A stretch of DNA of 64,000 bases from Malacoraja senta (taxonomy: Eukaryota): assembly GCA_038087875.1 (NCBI GenBank), contig CM075990.1:14138001-14202000 (forward strand), read 5' to 3'. Below are positions 13,111 through 25,372 of the stretch, piece by piece (within the stretch, counting starts at the first letter, position 1; the number at the start of each line of letters is the position of its first letter). Below the pieces are notes generated by a model that was not told the origin of the DNA, did not search any database, and was given only the letters and a program-made list of their open reading frames with translations. A program made the translations under genes and the position numbers.

Positions 13111-14396
13111 CCTTTATGATTTTATAAATCTTCCTAAGGTCACCACGCATCCTACTTCATTCCAGGGAAAACAGCCCCAGCCTCACCAGTCCCTCCCTAT
13201 AACACAAGCCCCAAAAATTCTGGAAATATCCCCATGAATCTTTTGTGCACCCCCTCTCGCTTAAATATAGTTCCTAAAAATGAAGTTCTGAAACGCTAAT
13301 AGTGACACATACATCAATTTTATTTGTCCAAGACTGGCAGGGCGATAGGAAAAAACCCCAGCAAATGGAACTGGAGTAAAAAGCAAACTGCTGGAGGAAC
13401 TCAGCGGGGCAAGCAGCATCGATGAACATAAAGGAATGGTGGACTTTTTGGGTTGAGATCTAGCATTCCCTCACAGTCTTGCTACAGGATCTCAACCGGA
13501 AGCATTAACATTTCCTCTTTCCCCCACAGATGCTGCCTGACCAACTGAGTTCCTCTGACAATTTGTTTTTTTGCATCAAATTCCAACATCTGATTTATTT
13601 TGTGTCTCCACAAATGGAACAGACTTGACTGTGCCGAATGGCCTCTTAATGTTCAACAACCACTCCATTCCATACCTCTGGTCTTGTACCTAAGTATGGC
13701 TAAATGTGCCATCGAGGAAGATTTGATCTTAGATATTAAGTCTGTTCTTCTCACCATAGATGCCACCTGGCCTACTGAGTATTTTCCTTGTTGTATTTCT
13801 CATTTCCAATATCTGTAGCTTCTGTAGTTTAAACAGGAATGACAGCTGGGAGAGTCTGGAATAGATGGGACTGTTTTCTTTGGAGCAGTGACTTAACAAT
13901 GAATAAAAGCGCACGAGGAGTTTAATATCATCAATGAGAAAACTATTTCCATCCGCACATTGGGGATGAATGAGAGGGGAGGGGTGATAACTAGCAAACG
14001 ACTCAGAGGAGAGATGAGGAATGATCATTTCACCGTACATTGCCGCGGCCTCACAGTGCTAGAGACCCAGGTTTCATCCTGACTTTCAATGCTGTCTGTG
14101 TAGAGTTTGCAACTTCTCCCTGTGACCCGAGTTTCTTCTGGGAGCTCCGTTTTCTTCCCATACCCCCAAGACGTAGTATTATTGGCTACTGTAAATGTTC
14201 CCTAATGCAGGCGAATGGTCGAATCTGGGGGTGTGTTCTGTTGTTATTTCATTCGTTGCCTTCCAAATGTAAATACCTGAAGGGTGCAAAGCTTAAAGGG
14301 AAATATGGGGGAGGAGATTTTCTATACAGAAGGCGGTGAGTGCATGGAGCACCCTGCCGTCTGTGGTGGGGAGGTAGATACAATAGTGGCATTTAA

Positions 14397-14579
14397 AGGG
14401 CCTGTCCCACTTGGCCGTCATTTGCGCATCACACAGATGGCGCGCGAAGATTTTGTACATCACAAAATCCTGCGACGCAGCGCGTCACCGCCTATGTCAT
14501 CGCGCACCATGCGCACGAAATGACGCGTAAATGATGTCGCATAAATTACGCGCAAATGACGGCCAATGGGACAGCCCCT
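14397..14579. mobile_element. PIF/Harbinger MITE inserted in an old CR1 fragment
   Basis: TIR AGGGCCTGTCCCACTTGGCCGTCATTTGCGC; TAA TSD. Confidence 0.85.
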
Positions 14580-15249
14580 TAAGAGTCATTTGGATAGGAA
14601 CATATATATGCAAGGGATGGAGGGATGTGAATTACATGCAGGCAGATAGAGTTGGTCTCGACATTTATGTTCGGCACAGACATTGTGGGCTGAAGGGCCT
14701 GTTCATGTGCTGCGCTGTTCAATGTTCTATGAAGGTAATGCAATGTGAAGGTCAACTGAGAGAGCAAATTGCTGGCAGGAGAACCAGGGTCCAGGTGGCA
14801 TCTCACAGCATTGGAGTAATTTCTGTCTTATTCTTATGTAAATGAGGAGCGGAGACGGAAATTATATCAATTCTTTCTCCATAATTCAAGGACAACAGAA
14901 TTTGGTTGAGTAACTTATTGATGAATAAACAGACAGACTGTTGGCTGGTGCTCCAGCGGTATTTGTTATTCAGTAAAAAATTATTTTTCGGCATTAGTAT
15001 TCACCCCTCAACAGATAATAATCACCCGTCACAGCTTGCAGGTCCCGGTAACCTTGGCAACATGGGCTCCAGAATATTCTGGCAGGCCACGTTCCTGATA
15101 ACTGGAGGTTTATTAAAATTTCAGAGGTTAAAACTGAAGTGCAGAGGTGTGAATGTGAATTGGATAATTACACTTGGGGGATTGTCGCATTGATGTTGAT
15201 TGAGTGAAGTGGGAAGGTCTTATTATGCAGAGAACATTAAGGTGACTGA

Positions 15250-15468
15250 AAGGCCTGTCCCACTTGGGCGTCATTTATGTGTCACGCAGGTGGCGCGCAA
15301 AGATTTTGTGAATCCCAAAATCCTGGGGCACCGCGCGCGACCGCGCGTCACTGCCCACGTCACCACGCACCATGCGCGCGTAATGCACGCCATGCACGCC
15401 ACAACGCGCGCGTCGTGCGTTGTGACGCGTAAATGATGCGCAAATGACGCCCAAGTGGGACAGGCCCT
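15250..15468. mobile_element. PIF/Harbinger MITE
   Basis: Same TIR family; TGA TSD. Confidence 0.85.
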
Positions 15469-17361
15469 TGAGTGTTCAGATTGCTTTGGGCTAGTTGGCT
15501 GATCTTTTAAGGACTTTAATTGTTACTATTGTTTGAATCAGAGGATCATACAGCAAGGAAAATGCTGGGGATTCTCAGAAGGTCAGGCAGCATCTGTGGA
15601 GAGAGTAACAGAGTTAACATTGAGGGGAAAACAGAGTTACGTTTAGACAACCGAGTCTGCAATGACCATCAAGCACTGAATTAAATCAATTCCATTTTAT
15701 TCTCACCATGTTCCTGTCAACTCCTCTCCAGAGTTTTCCCACTCACTATAGTCAAGGATAATTTACAATGGCCAATTAACCTACCATCCTGCATATATTT
15801 AGGAGAAGGGAGTAAACCAGAGCACCTGGAGGAAACACGTGAGATCACAAGGAGAACGTACACATTCCATACAGGCAGAATTAGAGGTCTGGATTGAACT
15901 TGGGGAACTGGGGCTGTGAGGAAGCAGCTCGACTACTCCTATGATGCCCCCGGTACTTATCAAACTCAGGGAGCAGCACCCCCCCCCCCCCTCCTCAATA
16001 ATTGGCACACTTGCACACTGACAGTACCCAATGTTGATTGGGTCAGTGATACTGGGCTGATGCAAAGGAAAGAAAAACTTGGATTTAGAGAGCACCATTT
16101 TGGCCTCAGAATTTCCCATGGCACTTAAGAGCAAATTAAACATTATGTCGGAGCCTTGGAATCGTGTGAACCAATTTCCACAACCAACAACGTAACGGTA
16201 ACTCTTTGGCAGTAATTTCAGTTGAGAGCCATGTTAGGGCTGGGTGAAATTTCTCTAACCGGGGAACATTCCACATCTACCTGACCGTTCCACTATCACA
16301 TCTAAAATATTGTGCATCACTCCCTCACTGATGGCATTGAGTGTCTGACTGGGTGATGTGTTTCCCACAGACATGTTTGAACTTGCTATCCTCAAACTTG
16401 CTATCCTCTAACTACAAGCCCACCCAAAATTGCATGGCTGACCAAGACGCCACTTCCAGGAAAGTTTGTAATGGGTGTAAGATCAGAAGTCAGCCTCGAG
16501 CAAAATCAGTTGAAATCTATGCTATCTGCATTGTGTAAGAAAGAACTGCAGATGCTGGTTTAAATCGAGGGTAGACACCAAATTCTGGAGTAACTCAGCG
16601 GGTTCTATAACAGGGTCTTCCCTCTTGACACCAGACTACTGAACTACTCCAATAAGTTAGGGTTGAATTCCAATCTTCCAATTTACTTCACTGCAGCCTG
16701 TACACCATTTCTCTGTAAGTGTAACACTATATCTTTGTAACACTATATTCTGTACTTTGGTATTTTCCTCTTTGCATTACTTGTTGTATTATCATGTATT
16801 GTATGATTTGACTGGATAGCATGCAAACACAGCTTGTCACTGTATCTCAGTATGTAAAAATAATAAAATACCTATATCATTCTTCTAAATTCATAGTTCC
16901 AGCCAGTTTATTCTCTCCTCAAAAAAACATACTCTCTGCCCACATCACAGTAATCAATTTGATGAACATTCACTGCATCCCCTCTATTGCAAGTATACTC
17001 TCCCTTACAGGGGGAGACCAGATCTATACTCAATATTCCAGGTGTAGTGTCACAAAGACCCTCTATAATTCCAGTAAGATATCTTTAGTCATGTATTCAA
17101 ATCTTCTTGTACTTGGAGCCAACATAATATTTGCCTTCTTAATTGCCATGTACCTGCACATTAACATTTAGCAACTCATGTACAAGGACACATTGGTCCA
17201 TTTAGTTGCTGAAGGGAAGTCTCTATACCTTGCAAGATGGATGTAAAACCTGTAGATACAATGGTGTCCTCAGTCACTCATTCCGAATACGTGCAGGAGC
17301 AGACATCTCCATTTTGGTCACCATTCCATTACAATTTGATCTATTATTATGGAACTAATTG

Positions 17362-18399
17362 TAGGTATGTTACAATACTTACCTTCAGCGGCGCTGTAAT
17401 TCTGCCACTGGCCATGTGCGCTATTTTGGCGTCTTTAAGGGGGGGTGGGTTTAAAACGCGGGTTTCTCCTACCTTGTCCTGTATTATATTTCGTTGGAGT
17501 ACAAGCGTTTGCTGAAAAATCGTTCCTAGGGGCGTTTTGTGAATTTTTTATTTTTATTAAATCGACAATGTCAGCGCTGAAGTCATTTTAAAATCAGCTT
17601 CTGAAGCCGTCAACGCCGATAACGGGGACGGATTTCACGTACGGGACAGGTAAACGAAAGTGGTTTATTTGAATGTATAAAAGTGCTTCTTAAGAAGCCT
17701 TTAATTCACATTTTTTCTTGCAAAACGGTGATTTTATTCCCCGAACTAACGGCAGTATTTTTCATGCCGATACGGGGTTAAATTCACCGCAAATCAACGT
17801 TCCAAATGATCGCGTTCCAGAAATCCTCACTCACAGGATGATTAAAATGCCCATTAATTTACAGGTGTTAAACATTCAATTCCTTCCATTTGGCCTGTAA
17901 ATTCATGACAATGAGATTTAAAAATTATGTTATATTGTGAATTCTTGTGTGAATGTTATTTGGACACTTAGGCTATTTAAAAATGTTAATCTATTCTTAA
18001 GAAATTGATAGATGTTTAGATCTAGTAATTGAATTTTGTAATTAGCTACAATTAGGTAACTAATTATGTGCTTTAATTTCGTGTCTTCTAAGTAAGATTG
18101 TTTCATATTTGTTTCAGAATGCTTCAATCTATAATAACTGAAAATTTCTTTCAGTTCTCTTAATTTTTAAGAAAGTTATGGGCTTTTAACTGTCCTCGAT
18201 CACAGCTTTTGTGTTCAGTCAATGGAAAAGCAATAGGGAACAAGATGCTAATTTCCGAGTATGCAAATGGCCATAACCTTTTTAATACTGAAGATATGAA
18301 AGTGAATTAGGTGTCAAATTAAACTTCTTTTTATGCTTTATCTGATGAGATAAATTGCAGACTTTATTTTTTAAATCTCAAAATTTTGTAACATTGCTA
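17362..18399. mobile_element. Non-autonomous TIR DNA transposon with 7-bp TSD (hAT-related, possibly hATw)
   Basis: TAGGTATGTTACAA...TTGTAACATTGCTA termini; CTAATTG duplicated at 17355-17361 and 18400-18406. Confidence 0.75.
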
Positions 18400-19715
18400 C
18401 TAATTGTGTCTGAGGTTCAGTATAAGTAAAGACCAATACCTTCTTGCTTTTTAACTATTGGTTCCTGACTTTGGGGATAATCACCCAGAGAAAACAAAAA
18501 CTAGCAAATGTGAACCTTTTAAAAAATGTGTACTTTCAATCTTTAGTAGTGTGATATCTGAATTACATTAGACACAAGAGAGATTTGCTCTTATTTGGTC
18601 TAGAGATAGACTGAGTAATGTAACAATTGTCCCGAGTGTGCAAGGTAGTGCTAATGTTCGTGGATCGCTGGTCTTTGCGGACTCAGTGGGCCGAAGGGCC
18701 TGTTTCTATGCTGTATCTCTAAACTAAAAACCCTGTGATTCTTGCACCCCTTACCCCAAAGCCCAGCACCACTCCACTCTCCTTGCCTGACTCCCAGATT
18801 TTTGAGCAAGTGAAGAATAGAGTTTGTGTTTAACTGTTGCAAATTAGCATCTCCACACAGCAGCTCATAGACCCTGCTGAGTGATTGATACAGCTCTCAT
18901 TGAACCTGTAACTGGAGCAGGGATCCAAGCTGAACTGCCCACCTCGCTGGGAACAGAATGAGCCTTAATTGTTCACAATGAAGTCATTGCCTTCAATCAA
19001 TAGCCACACCTGACCTCAGCAGCAGCTGAAGACAACAACAATATTTATGCTAGTGTCAAGGAAAAGCCAGGTTCTTCTGCACCACATTGGCTTTTAAAGA
19101 CTTGATTGTCCTCTGAGGGCACAGTGGCTGATTCCCAGCAGTCTGAAGCATCGAATATTATGTGACATCTTCAGATGCTTGTGTGGAAACAGCTAGCCTA
19201 CCACCAAACGTACACTAATGAGCTGTGACAAGTCTGCTGAATAACAAAAAGTGTTCACATTTTGTATTTATGCAATTTGATTGTTTTATTTTTGGCTTCA
19301 CCAGCAGTCCTGCAGTGGTTTTAAGAAGACAGCTCACCAGTCTTCTCAAGGGTGCTCAAGGATGGGCAATAACTAGGGCATCACAGTGGCACTGCTGGTA
19401 AACCTGCTACCTCATAGTGCCACAGACGCAGGTCAGATCTTGACCTTGGCTGCTGTCTGTGTGGAGTTTACACGCTTTTCCTGTGGATTTCTTTGCATGT
19501 GGGCTTCCTCTAGGTGCTCCGGTTTCTTCCTACATGGGTTTGTAGGTTAATTGGCCTATGTAAAATAAAATGTCCCCGTTGGATGAGAAATTGGGGTAAC
19601 ATAGATCTATAGTGAATGGGTGATCGATGATCTTTGTCAACTCGGTGGGCAGAAGGGCCTGTTCCCATGCTGTCTATCTCGAAACTAAACTAAATGCTGG
19701 CCTTGCCTGACTTGT

Positions 19716-20520
19716 CAAGATACAAGATACATTTATTTGTCACATGTACCAATTGGTCCAGTGAAATGTGTGGTCGCCATACAGCCACACGGATAATAAA
19801 GAGGACAGAACAACGATCGTCTTTAACACAGCGGGATCAAAGTTTCCCACTGTGAGGGAAGGCTCCAAAATTCAGTCATCCTCCTCTGTTGTCCTCCCGT
19901 GGTCGGGGGGGGGCTCCCGAACCCCCCGCTGTCGCCTCTACGGGCGGCCCGATGTTCAGGCCCGCTCGCCGGGGTGATGGAAGTCCGACGTCGGGACTGG
20001 AGGACGTCCTCAGCGGCTTGGACATCCGAGTCGGGCACCTCCTACCGGAGTCCGCGGCTCCCGAAGTCCACGGGCCGCGCTGGGCGGAGATGCAACCCTG
20101 GCGGCCCTCGGCAAAGGGCCCCAGGATTCTGCGATGTTGTTCAGCGCCGGCCGCGCTGGGAGCTCTCCCAAACCACGGCTCCACAACGCTCCGGAGCTCC
20201 AAACGGCAATCCAGGTGAGGCATCACCCGCTCCACGGTGAATCCAGCACTGCAACGCTGCTGAAGCTCTGGTCCGGTCCCCGGCTGGGAAAGGCCGCTCC
20301 AATCCAGGTGATAGGCCGGGAGGAGGAGGGGGGAGGACGCGACTCGGAGAATGGTCGCGTCCTCGCCAGGAAGCGACTGGGAAACAGTTTCCCCCTTACC
20401 CTACCCCCCTCCCCCACATAAAAAAGCTAAAGAATCCCCAAAACAAACTTTAAAACTGACTAAAAATTAAAAAAAGATTGAAAAACAGACTGTAGGCAGA
20501 GGCTGCCTTCAATGCGGCGT
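19716..20520 (-). mobile_element. GC-rich non-autonomous retroposon with (TATCTTG)n tail
   Basis: LINE-type 3' tail AAATAAATGTATCTTGTATCTT; core shared with the 23385 and 41375 elements. Confidence 0.6.
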
Positions 20521-22075
20521 CCAGATCCCAAAAAAGAAAAAGGAAAACATAACAAGATGTTTCACCGGAATCTTTACTCAGAAAATGCTTCATTCCAAGG
20601 ATTTCTTAACCATGGGCGAGACAGCTCAAATTCTGTCCTTCAGCACGATGACTTTCCATGCTTCATAGCTAAAGGTTCAACATCACTTTCCACCAACTAT
20701 CCCGTGGGAGAAGTGATGGTGAATACATACGTTATCACGCACGTTTAGATGTTCAGGGCAAGTAACATTATGTACGACATGGTTTGACTGCCTGAATCAA
20801 TTTGCAAAGGCAGTAATGCATCTAATTAGTGTGCAAATGCTAATTCAAAAACTGTAATTTGAAACCAATAGCAAGGGAGAGTATAAGGGAGAGATACAAT
20901 ACAATTAACAAGAACTATTTTCTCCAGAAAGCAAGCAGTGCGGATCACAAATTGACTGCGTCATTCTGACAAACTCCAGCAAATAGCAGTGAAGAGTGGA
21001 GGAAACGAATACAACTGTTGGGAATATCAGGATGTATTTCAACTTGTATTGAATTTTTAAAAAGATACAAAGTGCTGGCGTAACTCAGCGGGTTAGGCAG
21101 TATCCCTGGAGAACATGGAAAGGTGAAGTTCCCTTCCTTGGACTGATTTTTGTTATGGATAAAACTGGCTTGTGTTAAATAATTCATTTTAATGTTATTT
21201 CAGCGGTTGGGAGGTTATCTCCTCGGTAGTATTTACACAGGGGACCCAGTCAGGCAGGGCACACAGGGACTGGGTGAATAGGAAGTCCCGTAGAGAATGG
21301 GACTATTAGCAGAGGATGTGTCAAGTGTTATAGGAGGTCCCTAGGACTTTGTAGGTATCCGAGGGGATCCCAGGGTATGTGTCAGTATTTGCCGGAAGTC
21401 ATAGAAATGTGCCAATATTTACAAAATGTCCATGCATTGTACACGTTGATAGGGATGTGTGGAGATGTGCAAAAAAAAATCACAGAGGGTGTGAGATTTT
21501 ACAGTGGATCCTTGGGATTGTGACGGGGTTTACAGGGGGACCTGGAGTAGTGTCCATATCCACACGGGTTCTCTGGGAATGGATTATTGTCAGCGTACGC
21601 AATGTAAAGTACCGACTGCATCGGATGCAACTTCACTGCACCAAAACAGACAATACATGCCAAATACACAAGAACAAGCTGCAGTTATATCTACAAATCA
21701 CTTAATTGCTCGTAACAGCGAATTACTGACTTTAAAAGAAAATCTTACATGTGGATGATGTTGGAAAGCCCAGAATTAATTGCCTATTGTTAAATGTTCC
21801 CAAGAAAGTGGTGGTGAGTTCTCTTCCTGAATCACTGCCATCCACATGGTGAAGCTCCCAGCGACATTGTATGGATACCTCCAGTACATTGGCCCAATGT
21901 TAATGAATTGCTCATGTATTCCCTGCTCAGGAACGGTGGGGTAGGATGTGGTTCTTTTAGGTGTCTCCAATGCTTGTCTTCCAGTTGGTGATAGTCACAG
22001 GTTATCAAGATGGAGCTCTAGTTTAACAAACCAATTTGCATAACATCAAGCAAGCAAGACATGTTTTGTACTTAC

Positions 22076-22119
22076 ATTGTCCATTGTAATTTCTCTTTTT
22101 TTATAGAACTGTACAAGAC
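22076..22119 (-). CDS. PSD: PSD/EFA6 exon, end of Sec7 (VLYSSIKKEKLQWTI)
   Basis: ctgcag| acceptor, |gtaagt donor; 44 nt, phase 0 to 2. Confidence 0.9.
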
Positions 22120-22714
22120 CTGCAGAGACACAAAGATGGATAAAGATCAGAATAAGAGTCATAATCAGCAAAGAGGTTCTTACAAGAATAAAATTGTACA
22201 TTTTTTAAAATCTGTTTGGCTAATTGTGCTTGCAGTGGCTTCAGAGGTTGTGAGTTCACTGCAAGAGATGAGCTACTAAGGAGCACAATGCTGAGGAGGA
22301 TCATGTCTTTGGACACATTGCCTTCTAAGTAAGATGTTAAACTAGAGATATATCTGATGAACCAGTGTATACTTGGGAGCTGGCTTGCCGATTATTCCAA
22401 TAAAATAAAGTAAAAAAACCTATTGGACATTTATCGTCCTATTTATATTACAAACGGTAGAGGTACAGCGTGAAAACATGTCCTTCAGCCCAGAGAGTCC
22501 ATGCCTAACATTGATCATCCATCTACACGAATTACATGTTGTCCCACTTTCCCCATCCACTCCCTGCACACTTCACAGGCAATATACAAAGTCCAATCAA
22601 CCTACAAATCTGCACGTCTTTGGGATATGGGCGGAAATAGGATCCGCCAGAGGAAATCAATGTGGAATTTGCAGGAGAACGTGCAAATTCCTCACAGACA
22701 GTGCCCGAGGTCAG

Positions 22715-23560
22715 GCTTATCTAAGATGTGTTTATGTACAGTGATACTTGTACTTAACTGTATGCAGATATGAATCTCACTGTACCTCGTTACATGAGAC
22801 AATAAAGTACCATTGAACCATTGAATAAAATAATACAAACTCTGCAATGAACTTCTTCATGGCAACTTGCCTTCAGAAAGAATGTTGCGAATGTCGCCTC
22901 CCCCGTGGCCTAACATCAAGGATCGGCGCGGCCTTTCCCGCAGACGCGCTCGGGGCTTCAGCGGCGGGCGCAGCGTGGACTCTCGGCGTGGAGCGGGTGA
23001 GCCCTCGCTGGGGCTCGCTGGAGGGGAGCGCTCCGTTTCGCTGGCCCGGGGCAGCCGGCAGCCTGAAGTCGCAGTCTGCAGAGCTCCAGCTGGTGCGGCG
23101 TCTACAGCCCGGGATCCCTCATGGGGGACCCAGGGGAAGAAGAAGAAGCCATCACTGCCGGCCCGCGGCCAACTTCTACCGCGGGGCCGGCATGGACTTA
23201 CCAACACCCCTGTAGGGGAGCTTCGACCGCCGGCCCTGCAGTCTACGGTGCTTCTGGCTGCGGCGGAGACTTTAAATCTCGACAGCCGGCCTGCGGCCTA
23301 CAACAACTTAAAGCCGCGGTCCCCGGTGAGGAAGAGCCGATCCTGGACTGACTCTGGACTCTGGTCCTGTCCACTGAGGGAAAATGGAGGAGGATTGGCC
23401 AAATTTTTGTGCCTTCCACCACAGTGTTGAATGCTGTGGTGGATGTTTGTGTTACATTTTTTTATTGTGGTTGTGTGTTCTTTATTATTGTATCGCTGCT
23501 GACAACCCAAAAATTCCACCAGCTTGGCTGTGTGGTCATTAAAATATTATTATTATTATT
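22715..23560 (+). mobile_element. GC-rich retroposon with (TAT)n tail and 180-bp captured 5' segment, inserted in a V-SINE
   Basis: Host SINE breaks at GAGGTCAGG (22714) and resumes at AACCTGGGACTCTGGTGCTGTGAGGC (~23564). Confidence 0.7.
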
Positions 23561-24391
23561 AAAAACCTGGGACTCTGGTGCTGTGAGGCAGCAGCACTAC
23601 CAAATGTACCATTGGCCGCCCAAAGTGGCATTTATTTTGATTATCTATCTTTCATTGGTAAATTTTGATAAAGGAATATAATTCCATCCCTGACTTATAA
23701 ATCTGATCATTTACCCAAAGAAAAATGATTGCCTTTAAAATGATTTTGCAACGATCCTTCTTCGGTCCCAACCTGAAAGCTCGCCCACCCTTTTTCTCCA
23801 GAGATGCTACCCGACCCGCTGAGCAACTCCGGCACTTTGTATCTATCTGAATGAGTGCACTGGATGACCCAATTGTTTGAGAGAGATTTGTAGGAGAGAG
23901 TAGGGCAATGAATAGTAAGATTAAACGAGAACTTACCTAAGTTTGAAGTTTGATCTTTATTTTATGAGGAGTTACGTAGGTGATTACATGAAGAACCCCG
24001 CCAGTGCGCCTGCACGTCAATCTAGCCGAAGTAATATAGTCTCATAATAAAACGAGTAATACAAGAACTTCCATCTGACCTTTATGATAGAGGGTAGGGT
24101 CGTGGTGGGCACGTAATCACCTACGTAACTCCTCATAAAATAAAGATCAAACTTCAAACTTAGGTAAGTTCTCGTTTAATCTTACTATTTTACTTCGGAG
24201 TCACGTGAGTGACTACGTGAAGATTTTAAAGCTTTGTGATTTCATGCCGTGGATCAATCCCGGCTTCTCACTGCATAGATTGACTCGGAACGAGAATAAT
24301 CAATCATGCATTCATAATAACATTTGTACCACAAATGCAGTAATTAATTTCAATAATGAAATTAATCAGATCCCCTTTAAACCAGAGGAAT

Positions 24392-25372
24392 TTACACAGA
24401 ACTTAAAATAGTTTCTGCAAACAACCTCGCATTAACAATAGGCCGATGGTAAAAATGTTGAAACATCAACTCATTGGACCACCCGGCGGCTGCGAGGATA
24501 TGGTCGACGGGGACGTCTTTCGCCCAGGCCGCCGACGTTGCTGCTGCCCTAGTCGAGTGAGACGTAAAAACATCAGTGTTAATACCAGCAGCTTTTAAGA
24601 CTTCTTTTATCCATCTGGAAATAGTCTGTACTGAAACTCTCTTGTGTGGTTTCTTGTGTGTGATCAACAACCCAGTTTCCATATTTCTTAAAGTCTTTGT
24701 GACCTCAATGTATTGTAACAAATATGTTTTAACACAGAGACAAGGATCATTTGGATATGCTGCCAGCACAATTTTAAATCCTGTCACACCTGGCCTACTT
24801 TGCTTTAGTAGGTCATAGATATAGAATGTAACCTTGTCTTCAGTTACTTCCATCCTGTCTATTTGTAATTTCCCAAGTGTTTGCACTCGTTGTGCTGTCA
24901 CTAATGCCATAAGCATGACTACTTTCATACTGAGCTTGGCCAAAGGTAAAGACACACTTGGTGACCATTCACGAAGTAGTTTCAGCACCACACTTACATC
25001 CCAGATTGTCATGTACCTAGGTTTTGGTGGTCTGGAATTAAAGATTCCTTTCATTAGTCTGGAAACAAGTGGGTGTGACCCAATTGGGTTTCTTTCTGAA
25101 TCCAGAACCAAATATGAGGACAATGCACTTCTGGCTGAATTAATTGCACTATAACTCAGACCTTTATCATAATAAAGTTTTGACAGAAATTCTACAACAT
25201 CTGAAATATCTGCAGTACTATATTCCACATTTTTCTGTACACAGAATTCTTCACATTTCTTAATATAAGAAAGGTACTGTTTTTGAGTGCTCTTCCTCCA
25301 GGCTGCCGTAAGCATGTCCACAGTACGCTCAGACAGTCCTCGCCCCAAAAAAGGCCTTCTTAAAACCTGCAA
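24392..25372 (-). CDS. DIRS tyrosine recombinase, intact 326-aa ORF
   Basis: Catalytic R (AQRV), HSTR, AGW and FQHFY motifs; overlaps the end of pol. Confidence 0.92.
   Translation of the reverse strand: MQVLRRPFLGRGLSERTVDMLTAAWRKSTQKQYLSYIKKCEEFCVQKNVEYSTADISDVVEFLSKLYYDKGLSYSAINSARSALSSYLVLDSERNPIGSHPLVSRLMKGIFNSRPPKPRYMTIWDVSVVLKLLREWSPSVSLPLAKLSMKVVMLMALVTAQRVQTLGKLQIDRMEVTEDKVTFYIYDLLKQSRPGVTGFKIVLAAYPNDPCLCVKTYLLQYIEVTKTLRNMETGLLITHKKPHKRVSVQTISRWIKEVLKAAGINTDVFTSHSTRAAATSAAWAKDVPVDHILAAAGWSNELMFQHFYHRPIVNARLFAETILSSV

Noticed and set aside
14394..14582. TTAA-target (Kolobok/piggyBac) reading of the GGGCCTGTCCCAC MITEs
   Set aside because: Across copies the duplicated flank is 3 bp (TAA, TTA, TGA), which fits PIF/Harbinger
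19768..20421. Overlapping 70-119 aa ORFs (also 22847-23430 and 4011-5373)
   Set aside because: Open frames on both strands arise from GC-rich repeat DNA; no recognisable domains
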